Positions 37,911-47,677 of a stretch of DNA of 64,000 nt are shown piece by piece. Source of the stretch: Candidatus Bathyarchaeia archaeon (GTDB lineage: Archaea > Thermoproteota > Bathyarchaeia > 40CM-2-53-6); contig JBEKFP010000002.1 in assembly GCA_050013255.1 (NCBI GenBank), positions 352,001 through 416,000 on the forward strand. The letters are read 5' to 3'. The position numbers and the translations under genes were made by a program. Within the stretch, counting starts at the first letter, position 1. Every line of letters begins with the position of its first letter. The notes beneath the pieces are model-generated. The model was not told the origin of the DNA and ran no database searches. It saw only the letters and a program-made list of their open reading frames with translations.

Positions 37911-40289
37911 TTGGTAGCCAACACCACCGTGAAGAAAATGAATAATAGACAACTAAAAGAAATTCTACAAGGCATAGCGCTCGCACTTCTCGTTTACGTA
38001 ACACTCTCTAGTGCCGTTCCTCTATTCCTAGCACCCGCATATGCACAGTCCGCGCCAATTTTTTCCGCTACTATGATTGCCTCTACAGGTAACCCTGTGA
38101 GGCGTCAATACGCTAGCATAATCGCAGCCAATCTGCGATCAGTTGGAATCGATGCGCGATTGTTCTATGTCAACTTCGACGTCCTCGTAAACCGCATGTT
38201 CTTCGCAGGATCTGCGAAGCAGGGAAGCACCTTTGACCAAGGCGGATACGACATTGGCTTTATCGGCTGGGGATTCACATCCCCTGTGCCCGACTTCAGA
38301 GCAAACTTCGACGGCAGGCCAGCATACTTGGCACCGGCAGGCAGTAACTACGCGCTTTACAATAGCGCGGAGCTCAACGCTGTCTTTGACCAATTGTATG
38401 CTAGTGCGGATCCTACCGTTCAGAAGCAGCTAACTGACAAAGCCCAAGAAATCGTATTCAGGGACAAACCATACAACTACGTCTATGAGCCAACCGATGC
38501 AATTCCAATCAACTCGAAGTGGACTGCGTGGGGAAGCCAAGGCGTGTACAGCGAAGTAACGTTCCCCGATGTCCAGCATTGGTCAGGCGCGAACCAGTTG
38601 ACCTTCGCCGAAGTAAGCAACGTTTTCCCTGACAACAACTTGAACCCGCTCTCAACTCCCTCATCGAACAGCTTCTACGCCCTTTACGTTTACGGAGCTG
38701 TTTGCTACTCTGGTGCAGGTTTACAAGATGTTGATGCAAGAACACTGCAATTCTATCCTGCTTTGGCATCCAGCATTAATCATTCCGCAGACCTTCTCAA
38801 TTGGAACATCACAATCCAGCAAGGTGCCAAGTGGGCAGACGGAGTTGAGATAACTGCAGATGACTTCGTCTATACACAGTACCTGCTGACAAACGCAAAG
38901 GCCAACTCAGTTGGTTTGGGTTCGAACATCCAGTACCTCGGCAATTATGTCACGTTCAAGTTCAGCGACGGTTCCAGTCTCGTTGATGACAATAGCGCAG
39001 GTGCAGCTCACACAACCGGTTCGTGGACTGCAACTGGCAAGTACAGTTTCACATTTACCTTGCCAGCAGCATACGCCTTTACAGGCCAAACTTACGCGGC
39101 ATTCTCTCCAGTTCCAAAGCACATCCTAGAACAGATTCCAGCCGACCAAATTGACAGCAGTGACTACAGCACTGCAGCCAAGGCACACACCTACACTTGG
39201 GATAAGACAAAGTATGGTGGTAGCGGAACTTACACTGCAACAGGCCCCGTATGCGCAGGCCCATACATCCTCGACAACTATGATTTCACAGCGAACGTTG
39301 CAACGCTGAAGAAGAACCCATACTACTGGAACGCCACAGGTCTCCAAGCCTTAGGACAATATACGGTTGACACGTACAAGGTCGCATGGATCGAAAGCAA
39401 AGACGCAGCAATCGCTTCACTCAAGAACGGCGAAGTCGACATTCTAGACTACAACTACCAACTAGCAAAAGACGTACCCACACTCAAATCACTGCCCAAC
39501 GTAATCCTAGTCAATCAAGCAGAATTGGGTTGGCAGGAGCAGGGCTTCAACATGCAGAACCCGATCTTCGGCACTGGTGTTGATACGCCTGCAGGTAAAG
39601 CTGATCCAACGAAGGCTGCTGATGCAGCGCGCAGTATCAGGGCCGCCGTCAGCCACCTGATCCCCCGAGAACAGATCATCCACGACCTCCTAAGCGGTGT
39701 TGGAACACCGATCGCGTCTTGGATTGGTCCAGGTTGGGGTGTCTGGTATGACCCGAACCTGAAACCTGACGCGTACGACGTTAGCGCGGCAGTTCAGGAC
39801 CTTAACGCGGCAGGCTACAGCGTACAGTTCACACCGCCCGCACCCATCGCTCTGAGCGGAACACCAATGCTAGGCCAAGCGGTAACCGTAACCGGAACCG
39901 CGCGGCTCGCGCATGAAATGGTCGTCGTCGAACAGAGCACTGATAGCGGGAACACGTGGACACCGGTCGCAGCAGCGTTAGCAGACAACAGCAGCCGGTA
40001 CTCGGTCTCCGTTCCAGGTCCGCCAGCGTTCGGCACAACCTGGTACGCAGCCAACTTCACCGGCTGCGCCCTAAACAACGACACGCTAGCCATGACGCCA
40101 CTAACACCAACCCTCGTCGACCAGTACATCGACAACGGACAAAGCGCAGCAGGACCCATCCCAGGGAAACTCTCAGACCCAATCACCGTCTCCTCTACAA
40201 CAAATGACGCAATGGTCGTCCTCGTGCCGATCATCATCATAGTTGTGGTCGCGGCGCTGGTCATGAGAAGTCGCAAAAAGAAGGCATAG
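37911..40289 (+). CDS. Family 5 ABC substrate-binding protein, circularly permuted, with a C-terminal TM anchor
   Basis: SBP_bac_5 motifs (YPALA, KWADG-x-ITADD, GPYIL, KKNPYYW, IRAAVSHLIPRE) in permuted order. Divergent from the permease genes. Confidence 0.85.
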   Translation: MVANTTVKKMNNRQLKEILQGIALALLVYVTLSSAVPLFLAPAYAQSAPIFSATMIASTGNPVRRQYASIIAANLRSVGIDARLFYVNFDVLVNRMFFAGSAKQGSTFDQGGYDIGFIGWGFTSPVPDFRANFDGRPAYLAPAGSNYALYNSAELNAVFDQLYASADPTVQKQLTDKAQEIVFRDKPYNYVYEPTDAIPINSKWTAWGSQGVYSEVTFPDVQHWSGANQLTFAEVSNVFPDNNLNPLSTPSSNSFYALYVYGAVCYSGAGLQDVDARTLQFYPALASSINHSADLLNWNITIQQGAKWADGVEITADDFVYTQYLLTNAKANSVGLGSNIQYLGNYVTFKFSDGSSLVDDNSAGAAHTTGSWTATGKYSFTFTLPAAYAFTGQTYAAFSPVPKHILEQIPADQIDSSDYSTAAKAHTYTWDKTKYGGSGTYTATGPVCAGPYILDNYDFTANVATLKKNPYYWNATGLQALGQYTVDTYKVAWIESKDAAIASLKNGEVDILDYNYQLAKDVPTLKSLPNVILVNQAELGWQEQGFNMQNPIFGTGVDTPAGKADPTKAADAARSIRAAVSHLIPREQIIHDLLSGVGTPIASWIGPGWGVWYDPNLKPDAYDVSAAVQDLNAAGYSVQFTPPAPIALSGTPMLGQAVTVTGTARLAHEMVVVEQSTDSGNTWTPVAAALADNSSRYSVSVPGPPAFGTTWYAANFTGCALNNDTLAMTPLTPTLVDQYIDNGQSAAGPIPGKLSDPITVSSTTNDAMVVLVPIIIIVVVAALVMRSRKKKA

Positions 40290-40300
40290 CAGAGTTAACC

Positions 40301-40348
40301 AAGCCTGGTAGGTCAATGACCCCAGGCTTCCCCGTTTTCTTTTTCTCC
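40301..40348 (+). terminator. Hairpin and T-rich terminator after the binding-protein gene
   Basis: AAGCCTGG...CCAGGCTT stem with inner GGTCA/TGACC, followed by TTTTCTTTTTCT. Confidence 0.6.
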
Positions 40349-40367
40349 TATCTTAAGTGAGTGTCTC

Positions 40368-40706
40368 TTAGAACTCTAACGCCAGAAAAACCATGATTAT
40401 GAACAGCGTTACACCTGACGCAACAAAAATAAGGGCACGCCTCTCCGCTTCCTTTCGCAGTCCCAATGTGAAAGCCTCCTTAGATCCCCCAATCAACTTC
40501 CTGAATTGAGCAAAGCCAAGTGAAGATCCAAAATCAACGATCCCTGCTAAAAGGAAAAGCAGTGAAGTCTCGACGAGCAAAAGGTCTCCAAAGAGTTCCA
40601 ACGGATGAATAATTCCCTTTAGGAGAATAACAGCTAATCCGTTAACCACGAGCAGGGTTCCTGAGATCCTAAAGGATCTCAGCACGACTTGTGTATATGT
40701 GAGCAC
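40368..40706 (-). CDS. Hypothetical membrane protein (three TM helices)
   Basis: 112-aa ORF with three hydrophobic segments. Confidence 0.65.
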   Translation of the reverse strand: MLTYTQVVLRSFRISGTLLVVNGLAVILLKGIIHPLELFGDLLLVETSLLFLLAGIVDFGSSLGFAQFRKLIGGSKEAFTLGLRKEAERRALIFVASGVTLFIIMVFLALEF

Positions 40707-40757
40707 GAAGAGGTTTAAGTGGGCTTAGAAGATTAAGCTAGCGAAAGGTTCAGTGGC

Positions 40758-41705
40758 ATGCCCAAGAAAGGAAGACCACAAGAGACCAAATCGTCGGCAA
40801 GGACTTACGCCTTCCTTGGCACACTTCTCTTACTGGCCATTATTGTTGCTTCGTCCTACTACAGTTCTCTGCCGAAGGTCGATCATATCCCTGATAATTT
40901 TCAAATCAACACGGCTGACTGGATGAAATTCGTCCCACAGAACGCCCAATACGTCTCTTTCGTGAACTACCAAGCGGCGATGACGACTTCTGGGAATGTG
41001 TTTCTGTTTGGATCGCAAGCCATTTTCCAGTTCTATCAACTAAACGTTAACGTGCCACCGCAAAGTATCACTTTTGACCTTGACGTGCAACTCCCACAAG
41101 CTGCGTCCACTTCCGCTGCCGTAACAGTAAGCGTAATCGGGCTCCGCAACGACACTCTTAGTTTCCTCATAAATGAACTCGCAAAGACCAACACGACTGG
41201 GTCGCAATACGATGGCTATCCGGCTTACAACCTATTGGTGGTAAGTAGTGTCGCTGCGCAGCAGAAGCTGATCAGTGTATATGTCGCAATTGTGCCAGGC
41301 GCCTTGGTACTTAGCATCGACCCCAACTCAGCAAAGTACGGAGTCAAAACCATCCTTGACAAATACGTTAGTTCAACTCCAACTTTGTTCGATAATTCTG
41401 ATGTTAGGAGGGGTGTCTATGCCAGCGGCGCCGCAGGGACATCCTACATCGCCCTGTTCGTGGGGACTTTTTCAAGCCAGTTCAACAATACGCGTATGAT
41501 AGTAAAATCGGTGATTCAGAATATTAATGGGATAAGCGTTACCAGGTCTGTACTCTTCCCCAGCTCTGACTTTGCAATGAGCGAGATAGGGCATGCACAT
41601 AATGTCTACCGGAACGCCGACTCGTATGGGGTTCTAGATGACTGGTTAGTGATATCCTATAGTTATTCAATTGACAAGCTTCGCGGGGAACTGACAGGCA
41701 TTTGA
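40758..41705 (+). CDS. Hypothetical membrane-anchored extracellular protein
   Basis: Basic N-terminus and TM helix, then an S/T/N-rich domain. Confidence 0.7.
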   Translation: MPKKGRPQETKSSARTYAFLGTLLLLAIIVASSYYSSLPKVDHIPDNFQINTADWMKFVPQNAQYVSFVNYQAAMTTSGNVFLFGSQAIFQFYQLNVNVPPQSITFDLDVQLPQAASTSAAVTVSVIGLRNDTLSFLINELAKTNTTGSQYDGYPAYNLLVVSSVAAQQKLISVYVAIVPGALVLSIDPNSAKYGVKTILDKYVSSTPTLFDNSDVRRGVYASGAAGTSYIALFVGTFSSQFNNTRMIVKSVIQNINGISVTRSVLFPSSDFAMSEIGHAHNVYRNADSYGVLDDWLVISYSYSIDKLRGELTGI

Positions 41706-41756
41706 CGATAGATTCTTACCTTGCTTCTGAGATTAGTCACGCCACGCGGTAACAAC

Positions 41757-43568
41757 ATGCTCTCGTCGCGCCTGCCCGTTCTGCTGCTAGCGCTGGCAAC
41801 AATCTCACTCCTGACCACGATCCCCAACTCAAACGCAGACCCCGCTTCCGGCGCACCGTTCGGCCTTGTTTCATTCTCAACCCTTGCCACCAAGGTTGTG
41901 TTGGACTCGGGTGGTTCGGTTCACATCATATGGACAGTTCACCCGTCCAACGTCACTACTACTGCACCCGGAATATGGTACGCGAGATATGGACCCAATG
42001 GAGCAAACTCAATTCCTCCAATGATAATAAGAAACGCAACAGATATTCAATCGGCCGACCTAGTTGTGGGAAGTGACGGTCAAGCCCATATTGTATGGGC
42101 TGAGGGACCAGCATTTCAAAATTCCACATTAAATTTGTTCAATACGAATTCGGATGCACAAATCTACTATGCTGCAATCAATTCGACTGACGATAATATC
42201 ACGAATTTCGGTTCGCTCACGGGTTTTGGCAAAATCGGAATGTCGCCCTCAATATCAGTTGACAATCGATCGATACCACACGTCGTCTGGACCGAAGAAA
42301 CAATCAATTCGAAGAATCGTACTTTATCCGTATACTGCGCCACCATAACCAACCATCATCTCGATCACCCCATCCTGGTGGCCGAATACTACAACCAAAG
42401 CTTCGTTACTGCTCCTCGACCCCAAGTGGCCTTCGACACGGCCACTGCAAGTCTCAACATTGCGTGGGTCTACAGCCAACGTGCTCAGTTATCCGGCATA
42501 GTGTCACATGTCAATTTCGCGAGGATAAACGCGACTAGCGGCCAAGTTAATCGCATAGGGATAGCAGAACAACCTGAACTTCTCCTAGACGCAGAGGTAG
42601 CTAACGGTCAGAACGGCACCGCATTCGTAGTGTGGCAATCACCGGAAACGGACTCGCTCGCAACGGTGTATGTTTCCAAAATATCGAACGACGGAAGAGT
42701 ACTCTTCCTCAAGAGTTTCAAGAGATCCTATTCATCCACTTCGTACTTAACGGCATCATCGGACGATGAAGAAGATCTCTACCTGGTTTGGTATTATCCA
42801 CCCATACTCCCGCAATCCACGGTACCGGTCAGAGCTGTATCAAATGTTAGTTACATGAAGATCGATGAGGCAGGGTCTGTAACTGATTCTGGAAACGAAT
42901 TGATCCGTGGAACTGTACTCGCAATTGGAATATCAGGCAACGAAGGCCTCTATGCCGTCTCGTCCTCAGGGCTAGTACAAGTCAAAAGGCCGGCCATGGT
43001 ACCCTTCGCTCAACTAGTGATAGGCCTGGGCGCTCTTTGCGGAGTAGGCGTTGCAATCACCGAGGAAGGAAGATACAGAATTCTTCTCTCCCTAAGAACC
43101 CCCGCGAAAATGCATCCTGACCAATCATTGCAACATGATGACGAGGTACTCATCGGAATGCTAAATGAAAGACCAGGAATTCGCCTTAGTCAAATTAGGG
43201 ACAACCCTAGGAATGACATGGGATCTGTAAACCTAAGGAAGCTAGTACGACTTGAGCGAGGAGGATATGTATCATCGATTCGCGTAGGTCTGGGACGAAG
43301 GTTCTTTGGGTCGGCGCCGCTTGAGGCCGCATCTGATTACCAAACGTCGGTCGCAACTCGAATCTTGAATTCGATTAAGGACACGTCTGGCATTTGGGAA
43401 GGAAAGCTTGCTCAAGATTTAGGTCTAAGCCAACAGATCGTCCACTATCATTTGAAGCGATTGCGTTCTGCTGGGTTGTTGAGTGTCCAGATCGATCAGA
43501 GGCGAAAGTTGTACCGGCTGGCAAACTCAAACCAGGCGAGAGACGGGAACTCCTCCCTCGGAGAGTAA
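41757..43568 (+). CDS. Membrane-spanning regulator: extracellular repeat domain, TM helix, tandem winged HTH
   Basis: Signal peptide, repeated hIVW motifs, TM LVIGLGALCGVGVAI, and C-terminal wHTH LAQDLGLSQQIVHYHLKRLRSAGLL. Confidence 0.75.
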   Translation: MLSSRLPVLLLALATISLLTTIPNSNADPASGAPFGLVSFSTLATKVVLDSGGSVHIIWTVHPSNVTTTAPGIWYARYGPNGANSIPPMIIRNATDIQSADLVVGSDGQAHIVWAEGPAFQNSTLNLFNTNSDAQIYYAAINSTDDNITNFGSLTGFGKIGMSPSISVDNRSIPHVVWTEETINSKNRTLSVYCATITNHHLDHPILVAEYYNQSFVTAPRPQVAFDTATASLNIAWVYSQRAQLSGIVSHVNFARINATSGQVNRIGIAEQPELLLDAEVANGQNGTAFVVWQSPETDSLATVYVSKISNDGRVLFLKSFKRSYSSTSYLTASSDDEEDLYLVWYYPPILPQSTVPVRAVSNVSYMKIDEAGSVTDSGNELIRGTVLAIGISGNEGLYAVSSSGLVQVKRPAMVPFAQLVIGLGALCGVGVAITEEGRYRILLSLRTPAKMHPDQSLQHDDEVLIGMLNERPGIRLSQIRDNPRNDMGSVNLRKLVRLERGGYVSSIRVGLGRRFFGSAPLEAASDYQTSVATRILNSIKDTSGIWEGKLAQDLGLSQQIVHYHLKRLRSAGLLSVQIDQRRKLYRLANSNQARDGNSSLGE

Positions 43569-43741
43569 GTGCAGAACACGGAAGGCGTTGCACGAAGTAC
43601 CGCAGGGAAATTGCTAACCCGACTGAATCTAGGCATTTTAATGATTCTGGCTTCAAAGCATTGCCAAATAGGACCCTAGCGTAATGTCGAAGTTCTCGTT
43701 ATAGCTTAAGAGTTTAGTTTCCTCAGTCGTGCCGACCGCAG

Positions 43742-44368
43742 ATGATTGTTGTCGAAACCCGCGAGCTGGGAAGGAAGTTCGATTCAAAGGGCACCAGCAT
43801 CGCCGCTTTGGAAAACGTAAACTTGGAAGTAAATGAGGGTGAGGTTTTCGGGTTGCTTGGCCCAAATGGTGCCGGCAAAACAACGCTGATACGAATACTG
43901 TCAACACTACTTCTGCCTTCAGGGACAGCAACTATTGCTGGATATGATGTAGCCAGCGAGACTGAGGCAATCAGACCGCTAATCAACATGGCAAGCGGTT
44001 CCGAAAGGGCAGGTTACGAGTTCATCACAGCAAGGCGAAACATGTGGTTCCTCTCTCAGCTGTACGGAATCTCTACTGAAGATTTCAAGCAACGTATCTC
44101 CACGCTCTCTTCGCAACTGGAGTTGAACGCATACCTAGACAAAAAGGTCTACGCCCTGTCAACAGGATATCGTCAACGAATAACAATCGCTTGGGCTTTC
44201 ATAAACGAGAGAGCGGCCCTCATCTCTGACTCCTGGACGCTGTATGTGAACTCGATGGCTTTTCTTGCCTTGGGCGGAATATTTCTCTTGGCGATTGGAA
44301 TCGTAGCGTTCAGCTATTCGGAGCGTATTGCTAGGGCGAAAGGTTTCATCGATAAGAAAGTAATGTAG
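43742..44368 (+). pseudogene. Truncated ABC ATPase fused in frame to a permease C-terminus
   Basis: Walker A GPNGAGKT and signature LSTGYRQR are present. Walker B, D-loop and H-switch are absent and replaced by a TM helix plus ERIARAKG. Confidence 0.7.
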
Positions 44369-44405
44369 GAATGCCTACGGTCGTAGCAATCGACCTAGGC
44401 TCACT

Positions 44406-45578
44406 TTATTGGAGCTTCATAGTTTTGTTTCGTTTCTTCACCAATCCAATCATAAGTCCGAGGACAATAGCTGCTACTCCAGTCAACAGAACTATCGTCA
44501 CACTCAGGTCTGTATCCCATCCCGCTTCTATCTTCCTGTCCGAAAGCATTAGTATTTGTACAGTTAGGTTTCTTGAATTGGCCGCGCCAGTCCATCCTCG
44601 AAACCGGTCCTTCGCGCCAATCAACCCTAGGATCCCAGAGGTGCCAGTGACGGTGTCAGGTAATGATACGTAGGCGAACATGCCCTTTGGAATGGCGATC
44701 GATGCGGTTCCCGTGAAGCTTTGCGTTCCGAGGGGTGAAGTTACTAGAAATGGAGTATTTGCGTGGACATCGACGTCAAGCTTCACGTAACCGCTCGTCC
44801 ACAAGAGCGCGCCCTCATGAGACTTTGTTACTCCTGAACCCGCGATGAGCGCGTTTGCATTATCTGTCGCGCTGACGCCGAATGGAGTTTCACAACCTCC
44901 ACTCGGTTGGCAGTAGCTAAGCGATATCAAGGAATTAGTTTCCTGCCACCCGGTTGAGTTCAGGTATGAAATATGCCTGAATCTTACTGGCCCGAGATCG
45001 ATAGGGATGGGAGAGGCTTCTGTCCTCTCAGCTACCACGAATGCAGGGTCCAATGAAGGGTTGACGGTGAGATTTGAATTCGCCACAATGTGCCCATCAA
45101 TCAGAAAGGTCCAGAAGTTTGAGGAATTGGGACGGATAGCGTACGCGTGCCATGTGCCGTTGGTTCCACCTGAGCCTGTTGGGCCGATCTGATAGTAATA
45201 TTCTGACCCGCCACGATTGGGCCAGTATTGCCATTGCCATCGCGGATCGGAAGCGGGAATTATTTCCGAAGCTCCTAGGCATTTGAACTTGCCGCCGACA
45301 AAGGCGCCCTTAAGGCAGTACACTCCAGGTTCCAATGAATACCCAAATTGAATGAATGCGCCATTCGCCAAGTTGTTCCCAACCCAAAAGTAATCGAGTG
45401 CATTGGAGTAAGTGTCGTAAGCATGTGTTTCAATTTCTACTTGAACACCGAGATTATTCCTGGAGGCATCATCAGCCCAAGCACCGACTTCGATGGTAAC
45501 ACCGGTCTGCGGTGGAGCAGAGGCCAATAGGATCGAGTTCAGAAGAAGGAAGGCTGCGAAACATCCTCCCTTAGACAA
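44406..45578 (-). CDS. Secreted membrane-anchored protein, possibly a G1 glutamic peptidase-like fold
   Basis: Signal peptide, FWVG...FIQFG...WQYWP...VVAE pattern, C-terminal TM. Confidence 0.6.
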   Translation of the reverse strand: MSKGGCFAAFLLLNSILLASAPPQTGVTIEVGAWADDASRNNLGVQVEIETHAYDTYSNALDYFWVGNNLANGAFIQFGYSLEPGVYCLKGAFVGGKFKCLGASEIIPASDPRWQWQYWPNRGGSEYYYQIGPTGSGGTNGTWHAYAIRPNSSNFWTFLIDGHIVANSNLTVNPSLDPAFVVAERTEASPIPIDLGPVRFRHISYLNSTGWQETNSLISLSYCQPSGGCETPFGVSATDNANALIAGSGVTKSHEGALLWTSGYVKLDVDVHANTPFLVTSPLGTQSFTGTASIAIPKGMFAYVSLPDTVTGTSGILGLIGAKDRFRGWTGAANSRNLTVQILMLSDRKIEAGWDTDLSVTIVLLTGVAAIVLGLMIGLVKKRNKTMKLQ

Positions 45579-45681
45579 GGCAATCGCCTCGATACGGATA
45601 CGAACATGGTCATAAACCCCTTGCGCATGGCCTTCGTTCAGAAATCGTTGTTCGAGTCTGAGGGTGAACTGTTAGCGGATC

Positions 45682-46896
45682 TCACTTGATGTTGGGGTTA
45701 ATTGGGGGCTGTTGTTTCGGAATGAGTCTGCTCGCGTCAGGGATAACGGAGATCTTGGATTCTGCTCCAAGGGCACGTTGAGCCGTTTGTAATGCCGCAT
45801 TGACGGTTCGAGAAGCCCGCATTCCGAATACATTTTCAACGTAATAATCTGGAATTGTTGAGACTAGGTATATCCGATGAGAGTCAAGCGCTCTCGAAAG
45901 GTATACGGCCTTAAACCCGTCATAATTGAAGTTGTGGCGAAGCCTAGCCTCTAGATGGTGCGGCTGCTTCCTTTCCACGGTCCACTCGTAGAACTCGGTG
46001 TCGCCGTGCCCTTTGCCGCACTCCGCCGCAATGATCAATGCCCCGTTCCTTTTCAGCGCCCCGATGCCGGTTGGGAACGTTTCAATGGCTTGAAGTAGCG
46101 ATTCGTCGTCAGGCGTTCCTCCAGCACTCATTACAACTATATCCGCTAATTTCGGGATATCTCTCGTTAGAGTTGTATTCAACGCTACTTCCAGTGTTGA
46201 CACGGCTTCTCTTACATTTCCAAACGCAACATGTACCGGTTCCTTCCCAGAGTCAAGGACAACTCCCAACGCGTAAGTATTGCTTACCTTGTCACTGACT
46301 TCGTCCCGTTCTTTGCGTAGGTCCGCGGCCGTAAAGCCTGGGCGGTTTGTGAGATGACTTCGCAGAGAGCTCTCAGATGCCAGACCTGGGAAGACTATGT
46401 CGCATATTCCGGTGTATAGGAGAAAATGGTTGGGCTTCAGTTCGCCTACCACGAGCCGAAGGTCAGCTTTGAGGAAGTCTGCATTCAGCTGGGGTGAAAA
46501 CTTGCCACTGAAATCCTCAATTGGAAGGGTAGGCGACAACTTTGGGTTATGACCAGAAACAGTAGTTTCAGAAAGCGCCTCAGCGTTGAGTTCAACCGCA
46601 CTTTGCGTGCGCAAGATTGTAACCGCAGGCCTCTGGGCCCCTAGGTTCTCCAGAAGGATTTTGATCAAATCGATGGCTAGCGGTCCGTTGCCGCATTGTC
46701 CGAGGGCAATGCATGGTTGTTTAGCCTCTTTTGCGATTGTTTGGAAGCGTTCGTTAGATTCGATTAGCTTTCTTGCCTCAGTTAGGGTGTCCAATGGTTT
46801 GCTGGAGTTCTGAGTTCTGAAGATGTCGATTAGTCTCTCCTCGGGAACGCGTACGGGGATCTCGGATGATCCATATGGGAGCCAAACCTCGACCAA
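45682..46896 (-). CDS. LarA/DUF2088-like protein with a degenerate active site
   Basis: WLPYG start, ADLRLVVG, VFPGLA, ADIVVMSAGG, GALIIAAEC. Confidence 0.75.
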   Translation of the reverse strand: MVEVWLPYGSSEIPVRVPEERLIDIFRTQNSSKPLDTLTEARKLIESNERFQTIAKEAKQPCIALGQCGNGPLAIDLIKILLENLGAQRPAVTILRTQSAVELNAEALSETTVSGHNPKLSPTLPIEDFSGKFSPQLNADFLKADLRLVVGELKPNHFLLYTGICDIVFPGLASESSLRSHLTNRPGFTAADLRKERDEVSDKVSNTYALGVVLDSGKEPVHVAFGNVREAVSTLEVALNTTLTRDIPKLADIVVMSAGGTPDDESLLQAIETFPTGIGALKRNGALIIAAECGKGHGDTEFYEWTVERKQPHHLEARLRHNFNYDGFKAVYLSRALDSHRIYLVSTIPDYYVENVFGMRASRTVNAALQTAQRALGAESKISVIPDASRLIPKQQPPINPNIK

Positions 46897-47044
46897 GAGC
46901 CGAAAGCACCTTCCTGTAGTCCGTTTCGCTACCGATTGCTCGGGTGCTGGTTAAAGTTTCATTTACATGGGGCGAGCGAAATCCATTGTTTGAACAGCAC
47001 CATTGGATGCCGTTCAGCAAAAGAATAAACGCTGAAGTCATTCT

Positions 47045-47677
47045 ATGAAGAACGGGGAAGTTGCTGTGCGCCAAAGTCTGGGTGAGGATGATTTTACTGA
47101 GATTCTGCTGAGAACGGGAAGCCTCAAATTCGGAACATTCAAGCTTGCAAGCGGCATACTGAGTTCGTATTACGTTGACTTGCGTCTTCTTCCAGGCGAT
47201 CCCGAGGCGTTCCACAGGGCCATTAACTTCTACAGGGCCGTCGTGGAACCTAGTCTAGCGAAGAGGATTCAACGTTTGGCAGGTATACCAACTGCCGGTA
47301 TAGCCTACGCAGCCGTGTTAGCATTCAACCTCTCAAAACCGTTTCTGTATGTCCGAAAGGAAACGAAGGAACATGGCCGTGAGCGTCGAATTGAGGGCCT
47401 CCTGTTGCCAGGCGACAAGGTCTTGGTCTTAGATGATGTCGCAACGACCGGGAAGAACATCATAGAGGCGGTTGAAGCAATCCGTGGCGAAGGGGGAGTC
47501 GTCGAAGACGCTGTTGTACTCCTTGATCGACAGCAAGGCGCTAAGGAGAACCTTCGAAAGGCCGGGGTGAAGCTTCACACTTTTACGACGATACGGCAAA
47601 TTGCCGATAAGCTTCTTGCTCTTGGGACGATTGATGAAACGCAACACAAGGAAATTGTGGGGCAAATCGTTAGCTAG
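47045..47677 (+). CDS. pyrE: Orotate phosphoribosyltransferase
   Basis: KFGTFKLASG-x-S-x-YVDLR, YVRKETKEHG, PRPP motif VLDDVATTG. Confidence 0.95.
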   Translation: MKNGEVAVRQSLGEDDFTEILLRTGSLKFGTFKLASGILSSYYVDLRLLPGDPEAFHRAINFYRAVVEPSLAKRIQRLAGIPTAGIAYAAVLAFNLSKPFLYVRKETKEHGRERRIEGLLLPGDKVLVLDDVATTGKNIIEAVEAIRGEGGVVEDAVVLLDRQQGAKENLRKAGVKLHTFTTIRQIADKLLALGTIDETQHKEIVGQIVS

